Below, one piece after another: positions 19,228 through 29,024 of a DNA stretch of 64,000 bases. Made by a program: the position numbers and the translations under genes. Under the pieces are notes generated by a model. It saw nothing but the letters and a program-made list of their open reading frames with translations. It was not told where the DNA came from and did no database searches. Source of the stretch: an uncultured Candidatus Binatia bacterium (GTDB lineage Bacteria > Desulfobacterota > Binatia > UBA9968 > JAJDTQ01); NCBI GenBank assembly GCA_965215605.1, contig OZ244070.1, forward strand, positions 3,872,001-3,936,000. Reading direction: 5' to 3'. How positions within the stretch are numbered: the stretch's first letter is position 1; each line of letters starts with the position of its first letter.

Positions 19228-21522
19228 ATGAGCAAGGCAGAAAAGTTCGCGGTGCTGGGACAGAACGTCGACCGCTTCGAGGGCCACGACAAGGTGACCG
19301 GGAGCGCGGCCTACGTGGCCGACGTCTTCCTGCCGGGCATGTTGACGGGACGTATCCTGAGGAGTCCCCTGCCCCACGCCCGCATCCGCAACATCGACAC
19401 CAGCCGGGCGGAGAAGCTTCGCGGCGTCAAGGCCGTGGTGACCGCGGAGGACACCATCAAGAAGGGCTGGGGCGTCTTTTTCCCCGACCAGTACCCGCTG
19501 TCCGTGGGCAAGGCACGATACGTGGGCGAGGAGGTGGCGGCGGTGGCGGCCATCGACCGGGACACCGCGGAGGAGGCGCTGGAGCTGATCGAGGTGGACT
19601 GGGAGGAGTTGCCGGCGGTGTTCGACGCGGCAGAGGCTATGCAGGACGGCGCGCCCCTGATCCACGAGGAAAAGGACAGCAACATCGCCCTCACCATCGA
19701 CGTGGAGCGGGGCGACATCGACGCGGCCTTCAAGGACTCGGACCTGGTCATCGAGGACACCTTCGAGAGCGTGCCCCAGTGGCACTCGGCCATCGAGACC
19801 ATCGGCAGCGTCGCCGACTACTCGGCCAACGGCAAGTACACGGTCTACATGAACACCCAGACACTGTTCATGGCCCGCATGCGCCTGGCCACTGCCCTGG
19901 GCGTGCGGGAAGCCGACGTGCGGGTCATCCAGACGGCAGTGGGCGGCGGCTTCGGCGGCAAGTCCTGCGACGACAACAACGCCATGGTGGCCGCCATCCT
20001 GGCGCGCAAGGCGCGGCGCCCGGTGAAGATCATCAACACCCGGGAGGAGGAGTTCCTGGCCGGCAGCCGGCCGCGGGTGAACATGAAGGTGTGGGTGCGC
20101 ATGGGCTTCAAGAGCGACGGCCGCATCCGCGCCAAGCACATGCGGGTCATCGCCGACAACGGCGCCTACAGCGGCAAGGCCCCGGCCATCACCGGGGTGG
20201 CGGCGCTGCGCCACGACACCTGCTACAAGTACTCCGACGTCCGCTCCGAGGCCTACCTGGTCTACACCAACAAGATCCCCACCGGGGCTTTCAGGGGCTT
20301 CGGCAACCCGTCGGCGGAGTTCTCGGTGGAGCAGATGATGGACATCGCCGCCGACGAGCTGGGCATGGACCCGTTCGAGATGGCGCGCCTCAACGCCGCC
20401 GAGCCCGGCTACGTCTCGCCCCACGGCAATCGGGTCATAAGCTGCGAGCTGAAGCAGTGCATCGACCGCACCGAGCGCATGATCGGCTGGAAGGAAAAGC
20501 GCGCCAACCGCAAGCCCAATCGCGGCCTCGGCATGGGCTGCACCGTCCACGTGAGCGGCAAGCGCCATTTCGGCGACTACGACGGCAGCTCCGCCACCAT
20601 CAAGATGAACGAGGACGGCAAGGCCTTCATCCTGAGCGGCGAGGGCGAAACCGGCCAGGGACACTGGACCGCCATGTGCCAGATCGCCGCCGAGGAGCTG
20701 GGCGTCCCGTTCTCCGACGTGGCCATCTCCGAGGCCGACACCGACCTCACCACCTTCTGCCTCGGCAACTACGCCAGCCGGCTCACCTACGTGGCCGGCA
20801 ACGCGGTGAAGAACGCCGCCGCCAACGTCAAGGAGATCCTGCACGAAACCGCCGCCGAGATGCTCGAGGCCGACCCCGGGGACCTAGTGTCGCAGGACGG
20901 CTACATCTTCGTCAAGGGCGCGGAGCAGCGCGCCATCAGCGTGGCGGACGTGGTGCGGGGGCGGCAGTTCCGCCGCGGCGGCGCGCCGGTGGTGGCGTCG
21001 GGCAGCTTCGACGCCGACTCGGTGAGCCAGGACGCCCTGCGCTACGGCAACGAGTCGGGCGCCTACAACTTCGGCGCCCAGGCGGCGGAGGTGGAGGTGG
21101 ACCCGGATACCGGACGGGTGACGGTGATCCAGTACGCGGTGGCGTCGGACTGCGGCACGGTGATCTATCCCATCGGCGCCGAAGGCCAGGTGGAAGGCTC
21201 CATCGCCCAGGGGCTGGGCTATGCCCTCATAGAAGGCATCCGCATGGAGGAAGGCCGCCCCGTCAACCCCAACTTCAGCGACTACCGGCTGGCGTCCATG
21301 CGCGACATGCCCGATCTGGTGCACGAGTTCGCGGACTCCTACGAGCCCACCGGACCCTTCGGCGCCAAGGGGCTGGGGGAGTTGGGCATGGATCCGGTGG
21401 CGGCCATCATCAGCAACGCCATCTACGACGCCGTGGGAGTGCGCATCAAGACGCTCCCCATCACCGCGGAAAAGGTGCTGCGTGCCCTTCAGGAAAAGAA
21501 GAGGAACGGGAGCCGAACATGA
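19228..21522 (+). CDS. xanthine dehydrogenase family molybdopterin large subunit
   Basis: KVTGSA.Y, VGGGFGGK, GAFRGFG, GQVEG, GPFGAKGLGE. Confidence 0.95.
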   Translation: MSKAEKFAVLGQNVDRFEGHDKVTGSAAYVADVFLPGMLTGRILRSPLPHARIRNIDTSRAEKLRGVKAVVTAEDTIKKGWGVFFPDQYPLSVGKARYVGEEVAAVAAIDRDTAEEALELIEVDWEELPAVFDAAEAMQDGAPLIHEEKDSNIALTIDVERGDIDAAFKDSDLVIEDTFESVPQWHSAIETIGSVADYSANGKYTVYMNTQTLFMARMRLATALGVREADVRVIQTAVGGGFGGKSCDDNNAMVAAILARKARRPVKIINTREEEFLAGSRPRVNMKVWVRMGFKSDGRIRAKHMRVIADNGAYSGKAPAITGVAALRHDTCYKYSDVRSEAYLVYTNKIPTGAFRGFGNPSAEFSVEQMMDIAADELGMDPFEMARLNAAEPGYVSPHGNRVISCELKQCIDRTERMIGWKEKRANRKPNRGLGMGCTVHVSGKRHFGDYDGSSATIKMNEDGKAFILSGEGETGQGHWTAMCQIAAEELGVPFSDVAISEADTDLTTFCLGNYASRLTYVAGNAVKNAAANVKEILHETAAEMLEADPGDLVSQDGYIFVKGAEQRAISVADVVRGRQFRRGGAPVVASGSFDADSVSQDALRYGNESGAYNFGAQAAEVEVDPDTGRVTVIQYAVASDCGTVIYPIGAEGQVEGSIAQGLGYALIEGIRMEEGRPVNPNFSDYRLASMRDMPDLVHEFADSYEPTGPFGAKGLGELGMDPVAAIISNAIYDAVGVRIKTLPITAEKVLRALQEKKRNGSRT

Positions 21523-22382
21523 AGGCCAAGTTCGAATACCTTGCGCCGGCGAGCCTCGACGAAGCGTGCGGGCTGCTCCAGGAACATCAAGGCGACGCCA
21601 AGCTCCTGGCCGGCGGCACCGCCCTGGTGATGTGGCTGCGCATGGGCCTTCTGAGCCCCGGTTTCGTCATCGACCTGGAGCGCGTGCCGGGTTTCGACGG
21701 CATCGATTGCGATCCGGTGGACGGGCTGCGCATCGGCGCCGGCGTCAAGCACCGGGACCTGGAACTCCACCCGGACGTGCGGGAACACTATCCCCTGCTC
21801 CGGGAAACCTTTTACAAAGTCGCGCAGCCGCGCATCCGGCTCATGGCCACGGTGGGCGGCAACCTGTCCCACGGCGACCCCATGACCGACCCGGGGGCCA
21901 GTTTCATGGCGCTGGACGCCGAGGTGACGCTGCGCAGCAGCCGCGGCGACCGCACGCTGCCGGTGGAAGACTTCTTCGTCGACTACTACGAGACCGCCCT
22001 GGAACCCGACGAGATCCTCACCTCGATTCACGTGCCGGCTCCCGCCGGGCCGGCGTGGTCCCACATCAAGTTCACACCCCGCAGCGAGGAGGACTTCGCC
22101 ACCGTAGGCGTGGCCGTGACCATGAGCGGCGAGGGCAACCGCTGCGACGACGTGCGCATCGCCTTGAACTCCGTGGGCCCTACCATCTTCCGGGCCCACG
22201 CGGCGGAGGACGTCCTGCGCGGCCGGGAATTGACCCCGGCCCGGCTGGAGGAGGCGGGCGCCGCCGCGGCGGAAGCGTCCGACCCCATCGAGGACGTGCG
22301 CGGCTCCTCCGACTACAAGCGCGAGCTCGCAGCGGTGTTCGTACGGCGGGCCGTCGAACAGGCCGCCGCCCGGTTGAGCTGA
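21519..22382 (+). CDS. xanthine dehydrogenase family FAD medium subunit (CoxM-like)
   Basis: FEYLAPASLDEA, LAGGT, IRLMATVGGN; ATGA overlap with the large subunit. Confidence 0.93.
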   Translation: MKAKFEYLAPASLDEACGLLQEHQGDAKLLAGGTALVMWLRMGLLSPGFVIDLERVPGFDGIDCDPVDGLRIGAGVKHRDLELHPDVREHYPLLRETFYKVAQPRIRLMATVGGNLSHGDPMTDPGASFMALDAEVTLRSSRGDRTLPVEDFFVDYYETALEPDEILTSIHVPAPAGPAWSHIKFTPRSEEDFATVGVAVTMSGEGNRCDDVRIALNSVGPTIFRAHAAEDVLRGRELTPARLEEAGAAAAEASDPIEDVRGSSDYKRELAAVFVRRAVEQAAARLS

Positions 22383-22401
22383 CAACGCGCTTGGGTGGCA
22401 T

Positions 22402-23991
22402 ATGGCCGTAGACGAAAACTGGGACGTCATCCTTATCGGCGCCGGGCAGAACAACTTCGCCCTGGGCACCTACTTGGGCATGGCGGGCCTCGACACCGTC
22501 ATCTGCGAGAGCCGGCTCGAGAACGGCGGCCGGCTCTTCTCCGAGGAGATCACCCTCCCGGGCTACTGGCACAACAGCCTCGCCTACTTCCAGGACAACC
22601 GCGAGATCTCTCCGGTGTGGAACGAGCTCGACTGGGAGAACGGCCACCACGCCGAGTTCGTCACCCCGCCGGTGATCAGCTCGCTGCTGCTGCCGGACGG
22701 CGCCTCGGTCTCCCATCATCAGGACCTGGACGGCACGCTGGCTTCGCTGGCGCACCACTCCGCCGCCGACCGCGCGGCCTGGAAAGACGTGCACCAGCGG
22801 TTCCGCGGCATCGTCCGGGACATCGTGGTCCCCTCCTGCTACGCTCCGCCCGAAGCGGCGGGCGCGCTGGAGGAGCGCATTGCCGCGGACCCGGCAGGGA
22901 CCGACTTCCTGCGCCTCGCGCGCATGAGCGCCGCGGAAGCGGCAGAGCACCTCTTCGAAAGCGAAGCGGTGCGCACCCTGGTGCTCTCTCAGATGGCGAT
23001 TCCGCGCGGCTGGGCGCTTGACTACGAAGGCGGCGGACGCGAGGTGCTGGCGCTGATCGCCGGCGACGAGAAACCGCAACTCGCGCGCGGCGGCTCCCAC
23101 TCCATCGCGCAGGTGCTGCAACGCGCCTACGTGATGCACGGCGGCCAGATCCGCGCGCTGCACCATGTCGAGAAGATCCTGGTGGACGGCGGGCGCGCCG
23201 TGGGCGTGCGCCTCCGCGACGGACGCGAGTGGAAGGCGCGTTTGGCCGTGGTGTCCAACGTGGATCCCTACGGCACCTTCATCGACATGGTGGGCGAAGA
23301 GCATCTGGACGGCGGCTTCGCACAAGCCGTCCGCGCCATCGAGCCGGACGAGTTCTCCTACTTCCAGGTCCACCTGGCGCTCAAGGCGCCGCTTCGCTTC
23401 GCAATGCACGAGGCCGCGGACGGCTTCGTGGGCCAGGCCATGAACGTCAACTACGGCCCACGCTCCGTCGAGGACTTGAAAAGCATGTGGCGCGAGATCC
23501 GCGCCGGCGAGTTCCCGGCGCACCCCTGCCTCCACGTAACCTGCCCCACCTGGTTCGACGCGCTGCAGGCGCCCCCGGCCAAGCACACGGCGTCGGTCTT
23601 CATGCCGGTCCCCTACCAGCTCAAGGGGCATCGGCCCGAGGACTGGGTGCGCCTCAAGCACGATTTCATGGAGCGGGTGCTGTCGAAGCTGCGTGCCGTC
23701 GCCACCAACCTCACGGACGACAACATCGTCATGAAGGTGCCCATGGACCCGTGCTACCTGGCCGGCCGCTGGCAGAACATGCGCCGGGGCTCGGTATGGG
23801 TGGCCCGGAAGACGGCCGAGCAGATGGGGGAGAACCGTCCGATCCCACAATTGGCGCAATACCGGACGCCGATTCAGGGGCTCTACCAGGTGGGCGCGGG
23901 CACGCACCCCGCCGACGCCGTCATCGCCGGCTCCGGGCGCGCCGCCTGGAGCGTCCTGCGGCGGGACCTGGACCTGGGGAACGGAAGCTGA
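22402..23991 (+). CDS. phytoene dehydrogenase-like (PYROXD2-type) FAD oxidoreductase, divergent copy
   Basis: LIGAGQNN, TLPGYWHN, QAPPAKHT, YRTPIQGLYQVGAGTHP. Confidence 0.85.
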   Translation: MAVDENWDVILIGAGQNNFALGTYLGMAGLDTVICESRLENGGRLFSEEITLPGYWHNSLAYFQDNREISPVWNELDWENGHHAEFVTPPVISSLLLPDGASVSHHQDLDGTLASLAHHSAADRAAWKDVHQRFRGIVRDIVVPSCYAPPEAAGALEERIAADPAGTDFLRLARMSAAEAAEHLFESEAVRTLVLSQMAIPRGWALDYEGGGREVLALIAGDEKPQLARGGSHSIAQVLQRAYVMHGGQIRALHHVEKILVDGGRAVGVRLRDGREWKARLAVVSNVDPYGTFIDMVGEEHLDGGFAQAVRAIEPDEFSYFQVHLALKAPLRFAMHEAADGFVGQAMNVNYGPRSVEDLKSMWREIRAGEFPAHPCLHVTCPTWFDALQAPPAKHTASVFMPVPYQLKGHRPEDWVRLKHDFMERVLSKLRAVATNLTDDNIVMKVPMDPCYLAGRWQNMRRGSVWVARKTAEQMGENRPIPQLAQYRTPIQGLYQVGAGTHPADAVIAGSGRAAWSVLRRDLDLGNGS

Positions 23992-24011
23992 AGCACGAAG
24001 GCGGGTGAACC

Positions 24012-25664
24012 ATGGCGAAGGTGATGCACTACGACGGCGTGGTAATCGGCGCGGGCCACAACGGCATGATCTGCGCCGGCTACCTGGGCAAATCCGGCCA
24101 GAAGATCCTCGTCGTCGAGAAGAACATGGAGGTGGGCGGAGGACTGGACTCTCACGAGGACCGGAACTATCCGGGATTCTGGCACAACATCCACTCCGTG
24201 TTCCACCGCGGGCTCATGATGCTGCCCTGGTTCCAGGACCTGGAGATGGAGCGCATGGGCATCCACTACTACAAGCCCGACCCCGGGGTGGTGCAGCACT
24301 TCCTCGACCGCACCTACCTGGGCTGGTTCGCCGACGTGGAGCGGACCATCTCCACCATCGAGCAGATGTCCCGGAAGGACGCCGACACCTTCCGGGACAT
24401 CTGGACCCGCTGGCAGCCGGTGGTGAAGAACATCGTCTTCCCCGAGACCTACTGCCCGCCCGTCCCCATGAGCGAGAAGCGGCCCCTGCTGGCGGGGCTG
24501 CCCGAGGGCCGGGAATACCTGCGCTACTTCGACACCACGCCGGAGCAGTTCATCCTGGAGCACTTCGAGAACACCCGGGTGCGGGCCTTCATCGGCTTCC
24601 TGGCGGTGATGCGGGGCTATGAGCTGGACGCGCCCAACACCGGCTACCTGGTGCCTGCCATGATCGCCTGGGGCGTCAACCCTCAGCTCTGCCGCGGCAC
24701 CTCTCACGCCTTGGGCGACAACCTCGCGCACATGCTGTCGCACAACGGCGTGGACTACATCGAGGCGGTAGGGGTCGAACGGATCCTGGTGGATGGCGGG
24801 CGCGCCACCGGAGTGGTGCTGGAGGACGGCACGGTGGTGCACGCCAACCGCTTCGTCGCCTCCAACGTCAACCCGGTGGAGACCTTCATCAAGCTGGTGG
24901 GGTCGGAGAACCTGGACGCCGGGTTCAGCGCCAAGGCGGCGGGGTTCAAGTTCTCCAAGACCACCCCGATCTTCGCCACCAACCTGGCGCTCAACGAGCG
25001 GCCCCGCTACCTCACCGAGGACGAGCATCCCGAAGTGGCCGACAGCTTCATGCACATCGTCGGCCTGGAGACCTACGAGGAACTGCGCAACCTGTTCGAC
25101 GACTGCCGCTCAGGGCAACTGCCGCGGAAACCCTTCATGAACGGCGCCACCCCCTCGCACCACGACCCGACCCAGGCGCCGCCGGGCAAGGCCACCGCGT
25201 TCATGTGGCAACTCGCCACGTACAACCTGTGGGGCAATCCGCTCAACTGGGACAAGGCCAGGAGCGAGTGGTTCGAGCGGCAACTCGGCGTGTGGCGCCA
25301 GTACGCTCCCAACCTCACCGACGACAACATCCTGTCGCGGGACTCGACCACCCCGCTGGACATCGAGCGCCACGACCGAAACATGTACGAGGGCGACTGG
25401 ATGGTGGGGGAGTACACCGGCGACCAGGCGCTGGAGAACCGCCCCTTCCCCGGCTGGGGCCACTACCGCACGCCGGTCTCCGGCCTCTACCTGTGCGGCT
25501 CCTCGACCCATCCCGGCGGCAACATCACCGGCGCGCCGGGATACAACGCCGCCCAGACCATCGCCCGGGACCTGGGCCTGAAGCTATGGTGGGAACCCCT
25601 CGATCTGCGGCGGCAGCTCCAGGAGATGAACGAGCGGGCTGCGGCCAGCAGCGCGGCGGGGTAG
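24012..25664 (+). CDS. phytoene dehydrogenase-like (PYROXD2-type) FAD oxidoreductase
   Basis: IGAGHNG, DPTQAPPGK, YRTPVSGLYLCGSSTHPGG. Confidence 0.9.
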   Translation: MAKVMHYDGVVIGAGHNGMICAGYLGKSGQKILVVEKNMEVGGGLDSHEDRNYPGFWHNIHSVFHRGLMMLPWFQDLEMERMGIHYYKPDPGVVQHFLDRTYLGWFADVERTISTIEQMSRKDADTFRDIWTRWQPVVKNIVFPETYCPPVPMSEKRPLLAGLPEGREYLRYFDTTPEQFILEHFENTRVRAFIGFLAVMRGYELDAPNTGYLVPAMIAWGVNPQLCRGTSHALGDNLAHMLSHNGVDYIEAVGVERILVDGGRATGVVLEDGTVVHANRFVASNVNPVETFIKLVGSENLDAGFSAKAAGFKFSKTTPIFATNLALNERPRYLTEDEHPEVADSFMHIVGLETYEELRNLFDDCRSGQLPRKPFMNGATPSHHDPTQAPPGKATAFMWQLATYNLWGNPLNWDKARSEWFERQLGVWRQYAPNLTDDNILSRDSTTPLDIERHDRNMYEGDWMVGEYTGDQALENRPFPGWGHYRTPVSGLYLCGSSTHPGGNITGAPGYNAAQTIARDLGLKLWWEPLDLRRQLQEMNERAAASSAAG

Positions 25665-25695
25665 CGACGCCAGGAACCGTCATTGCAGGCAGGAC

Positions 25696-26442
25696 ATGGG
25701 ACGTCTCGATAACAAGGTTGCCATCGTGACCGGCGGAGCCCGCAACATCGGAGCGGTGTATGCGAAGACGCTGGCGGCCGAAGGCGCGCGCGTGGTCATC
25801 GCGGACGTGCTGGACGGCTCCGCCGCCGCTGAAGCCATCGTGGCCGCCGGCGGCGAGGCCGTGGCCGTCGAGGTCGACGTTTCCCGGGAAGACGACACGC
25901 TGCGCATGGCCAAGACGGCCATGGACGCCTTCGGGCGCATCGACGTGCTGGTGAACAACGCCGCCATCTACGTCAGCATCCAGCGGCGACCGTTCCACGA
26001 GATCTCCGCGGAAGAGTGGGACCGGGTCACGGCGGTGAACATCAAAGGGGTGTTCCTGTGCGCCAAGGCCGTGTTCCCGCACATGCGCGACCAGGGCGGC
26101 GGCCGCATCATCAACATCTCCTCCAACACGGTGATGGCCGGCACGCCCAACTTCCTGCACTACGTCGCGTCCAAGTCCGCGCTCATCGGCATGACCCGGT
26201 CCATGGCCCGGGAGATGGGTTCGTACGGCATCCGTGTCAACGCCATCGCCCCCGGCCTGGTGGAGCACGAGGGCCAATCCGTGCCCCCGGAGCTGTCCGC
26301 CAGCCGCGTGAGCGCCCGCTCCATCCAGCGCCGGCAGACACCCGAGGACCTCACCGGCGCCGTCCTCTACCTCGCCGCGTCGGACAGCGACTTCGTTACC
26401 GGCCAGACCCTGGTGGTGGACGGCGGCGACATCCTGTACTGA
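25696..26442 (+). CDS. classical SDR oxidoreductase
   Basis: TGGARNIG, NNAA, YVASK. Confidence 0.93.
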   Translation: MGRLDNKVAIVTGGARNIGAVYAKTLAAEGARVVIADVLDGSAAAEAIVAAGGEAVAVEVDVSREDDTLRMAKTAMDAFGRIDVLVNNAAIYVSIQRRPFHEISAEEWDRVTAVNIKGVFLCAKAVFPHMRDQGGGRIINISSNTVMAGTPNFLHYVASKSALIGMTRSMAREMGSYGIRVNAIAPGLVEHEGQSVPPELSASRVSARSIQRRQTPEDLTGAVLYLAASDSDFVTGQTLVVDGGDILY

Positions 26443-26530
26443 TGCAATCCACATGCGGGCAAGGCTGCATGCCCTCGCTCCCGTAAGGGTCGGCACCGCC
26501 CGGTAGATCACATCGCTAACACGCACGCCC

Positions 26531-27976
26531 ATGCCCAAGAGCCTGCGCACCTTTCTCGACGACCTGCGGCGCCAGCGCCCCGGGGAACTCGTGCACGTCA
26601 CCAAGCCGGTGAACCCCGCGCGGCACGACGTTTCCGCCCTCGTCGCCCAGTTGGCCGAGCGCAAACAGTTCCCGGTGCTGCTGTTCGAGTGTCCGAAGAA
26701 CCTTCACGAGAACACATCGGGAATCAGGCTCGCCATGAACTGCGAAGTCTCCATGGGCAAGTTCCAGACCGCCCTGGGCGTGCCACCGGAGACCACCCGG
26801 GCGGACCTGGCGCTGGAGTGCCTGCGCCGGGAGGCCAATCCCATCGCCCCGGTGGTGGTGGAACCGTCCGCGGCGCCGGTCAAGGAAGTGATCCAACGCG
26901 GCGCGGAGGTAGACCTGTTCGAGCTGCCGGTCATGCGCCACCACGCCCTGGACGGCGGTCCCTACATCGACATGCCGAGCCTCGGGATTGACCGCCGGTC
27001 GGGGGTGTACAATGTCTCGTACCACCGCATGGAGGTGAAGGACCGGAACCACACCGGCTTCTACCTGTCGTTGCAGCACATGTGGCGCATCTTCCGGGAC
27101 TACGAGGACCACGGCGAGGAATGCCCGGTGGCGGCGGTGAGCGGACACCACCCTGCCTTCAACATCGGCGCCTGCTACCGGGGGCCGTTCGAGGCCGACG
27201 AGCTCGACGTCATCGGCGGCTACCTGCGGGAGCCGCTGCGGCTGACCCCGTCGGAGACCTTCGGCGACCGGCTGATGGTGCCGGCGGACGCGGAGGTCGT
27301 CATCGAGGGGGTGCTGCTGCCCGGCAAACGCGTGGTGGAGGGGCCGTTCGGGGAGGTCCACGGCTACGTGGGGCCGCAAGGATTTCGCCAAGCCGCCTCG
27401 CTGGAGGTGCACGCGGTCACCCGCCGGCGGGACGCCATCCACCAGTCGGTCATCACCCCGGACGGCGACAAGCCGTGGATGGACCTGGCGCGGGAGGGCG
27501 CATACCTGCGGCGCTGCCGCGAGGCCGTACCCGGGGTAACGGCGGTGTGCAAAAACGGGCGGCACGCCCTCATGAACGTGTTCATCGCCATGAAGAAGAT
27601 GTCCGAGGGGGACCCGGGGCGGGCGGCGGCCGCGGCGTTGAGCTTCGACCAGTGCAAGCACGTCTTCATCTTCGACGACGACATCGACATCTACAACCCC
27701 ACCGAGATCCTCTGGGCGCTGGCCACCCGGGTCCAGCCCCACCGGCAGGTGTCGCTCATCACCGACCTCATGCGCGGCCCCTTGATCGACCCCTCCATGG
27801 ACGAGGGAATCCGCACTTCGGCCATGATCGTCGACGCCACCCGGCCGCTGGACCGGCCTTTCTCACCCGTGTCCAGATGCCCCGACGAGGCCATGGCGCG
27901 GATCCGGGTGGAAGACTATCTGCCCCGGAAGGTGGTGGATGCGATCCCGGTGGACCGTACTACCTACTGGAGCTGA
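26531..27976 (+). CDS. UbiD family prFMN-dependent (de)carboxylase (second)
   Basis: SLRTFLDDL, DGGPY, NVSYHR, EGPFGE, DDDIDI, IVDATRP. Confidence 0.92.
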   Translation: MPKSLRTFLDDLRRQRPGELVHVTKPVNPARHDVSALVAQLAERKQFPVLLFECPKNLHENTSGIRLAMNCEVSMGKFQTALGVPPETTRADLALECLRREANPIAPVVVEPSAAPVKEVIQRGAEVDLFELPVMRHHALDGGPYIDMPSLGIDRRSGVYNVSYHRMEVKDRNHTGFYLSLQHMWRIFRDYEDHGEECPVAAVSGHHPAFNIGACYRGPFEADELDVIGGYLREPLRLTPSETFGDRLMVPADAEVVIEGVLLPGKRVVEGPFGEVHGYVGPQGFRQAASLEVHAVTRRRDAIHQSVITPDGDKPWMDLAREGAYLRRCREAVPGVTAVCKNGRHALMNVFIAMKKMSEGDPGRAAAAALSFDQCKHVFIFDDDIDIYNPTEILWALATRVQPHRQVSLITDLMRGPLIDPSMDEGIRTSAMIVDATRPLDRPFSPVSRCPDEAMARIRVEDYLPRKVVDAIPVDRTTYWS

Positions 27977-27981
27977 TGCCG

Positions 27982-28010
27982 CGTAGGGGCAGGGTTCGAA
28001 CCGGTCCCTG
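27982..28010. repeat. degenerate GTAG-type REP-like palindrome
   Basis: CGTAGGGGCAGGGTTCGAACCGGTCCCTG, related to 18567-18602. Confidence 0.4.
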
Positions 28011-28071
28011 TTTTGCATCGGCATGGTGAATCCGGTACACCCGGAGCCATACATCCAGCGAAAGGACCCCT

Positions 28072-28995
28072 ATGCGACTAGGACTGCCCGATTTCGTTTC
28101 CAACTCCTACTTCCCCGCCATTGCCGCGGTGGAGCTGGGCTTCTTCAAGGCGGAGGGCCTGGACATGGAGCTGGAGTCCATCTTTCCGGTGCCCAAGACC
28201 TTCGAGACCCTGAGGGACCACGAGCTCGACTTCGTGGCCGCTTCGTCCCACGCCACCCTCACGGCCTTCCCGGACTGGAAGGGCGCCAAGCTCCTGGCCG
28301 CTCTGGCCCAGCACATGTACTGGTTTCTGGTGCTGCGGTCCGACCTGGGCGCCAGACGCGGCGACGTCGAGGCCGTCAAGGGCCTCCGCATCGGCGCCGC
28401 TCCGGGCGTGGACCTCGGACTCAAGCGGATGCTGGCGGCCGCCGGGCTGGATCCCGTGGCCGACAACATCCAGATCGCTCCGGTGCCCGGGGCCACCGCT
28501 CCCGGCGTCTCCTTCGGCGTGACCGCGGCCAAGGCCCTTTCCGAAGGCGCCATCGACGGCTTCTGGGCCAACGGTATGGGGGCCGAGGTGGCGGTGCGGC
28601 ACGGCGCCGGCACCGTCGTGCTGGACATCCGGCGCGGCGAGGGCCCCGCCGAGGCGCGCGGCTACACCTTCCCTGCCCTGATCACCTCGGACCGGGTGAT
28701 CGCCGACAACCCCGACGCGGCCGCGGCCGCGGTGCGGGCGCTGGTCAAGACCCAGAAGGCGCTGGCGGAGGACCCGCAGCGGGCGGCGGACGTGGGCAAG
28801 GCCCTGTACCCGCCCGAGGAGGCCGGGCTCATCGCCACCCTCATCGAACGCGACATCCCCTACTACGATCCCAGGATCCCGGAGCCGGTGGTGTCCAGCA
28901 TGAACCGGTTCGCCCAGGATATAGGCCTGCTCTCCGCGCCCGTGCCCTACGAGGACGTGGTGGCGGTGCAGTTCAGTCACCTGTGGGAAGGCTGA
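28072..28995 (+). CDS. NMT1/THI5/SsuA-like substrate-binding-fold protein lacking a signal peptide
   Basis: AVELGFFKAEGLDMEL, VKGLRIG, ALSEGAIDG; AAAGGA RBS. Confidence 0.82.
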   Translation: MRLGLPDFVSNSYFPAIAAVELGFFKAEGLDMELESIFPVPKTFETLRDHELDFVAASSHATLTAFPDWKGAKLLAALAQHMYWFLVLRSDLGARRGDVEAVKGLRIGAAPGVDLGLKRMLAAAGLDPVADNIQIAPVPGATAPGVSFGVTAAKALSEGAIDGFWANGMGAEVAVRHGAGTVVLDIRRGEGPAEARGYTFPALITSDRVIADNPDAAAAAVRALVKTQKALAEDPQRAADVGKALYPPEEAGLIATLIERDIPYYDPRIPEPVVSSMNRFAQDIGLLSAPVPYEDVVAVQFSHLWEG

Positions 28996-29024
28996 CCCAA
29001 CCGCTTTTCACGGAAGGAACCCCT

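Noticed and set aside
19779-21518. Long N-terminal extensions in the ORF track (19779-22382; also 28023, 33048, 39235, 42918, 58960)
   Set aside because: They overlap upstream genes in another frame; real starts with RBS or family N-termini lie downstream
18633-22382. Aerobic CO dehydrogenase (coxMSL) or 4-hydroxybenzoyl-CoA reductase
   Set aside because: No AYxCSFR loop, gene order is S-L-M, no cox accessory genes, and the FAD subunit lacks the Cys-rich 4Fe-4S insert
22402-25664. Carotenoid biosynthesis (crtI/crtO)
   Set aside because: No crtB, crtE or crtY nearby; the context is catabolic
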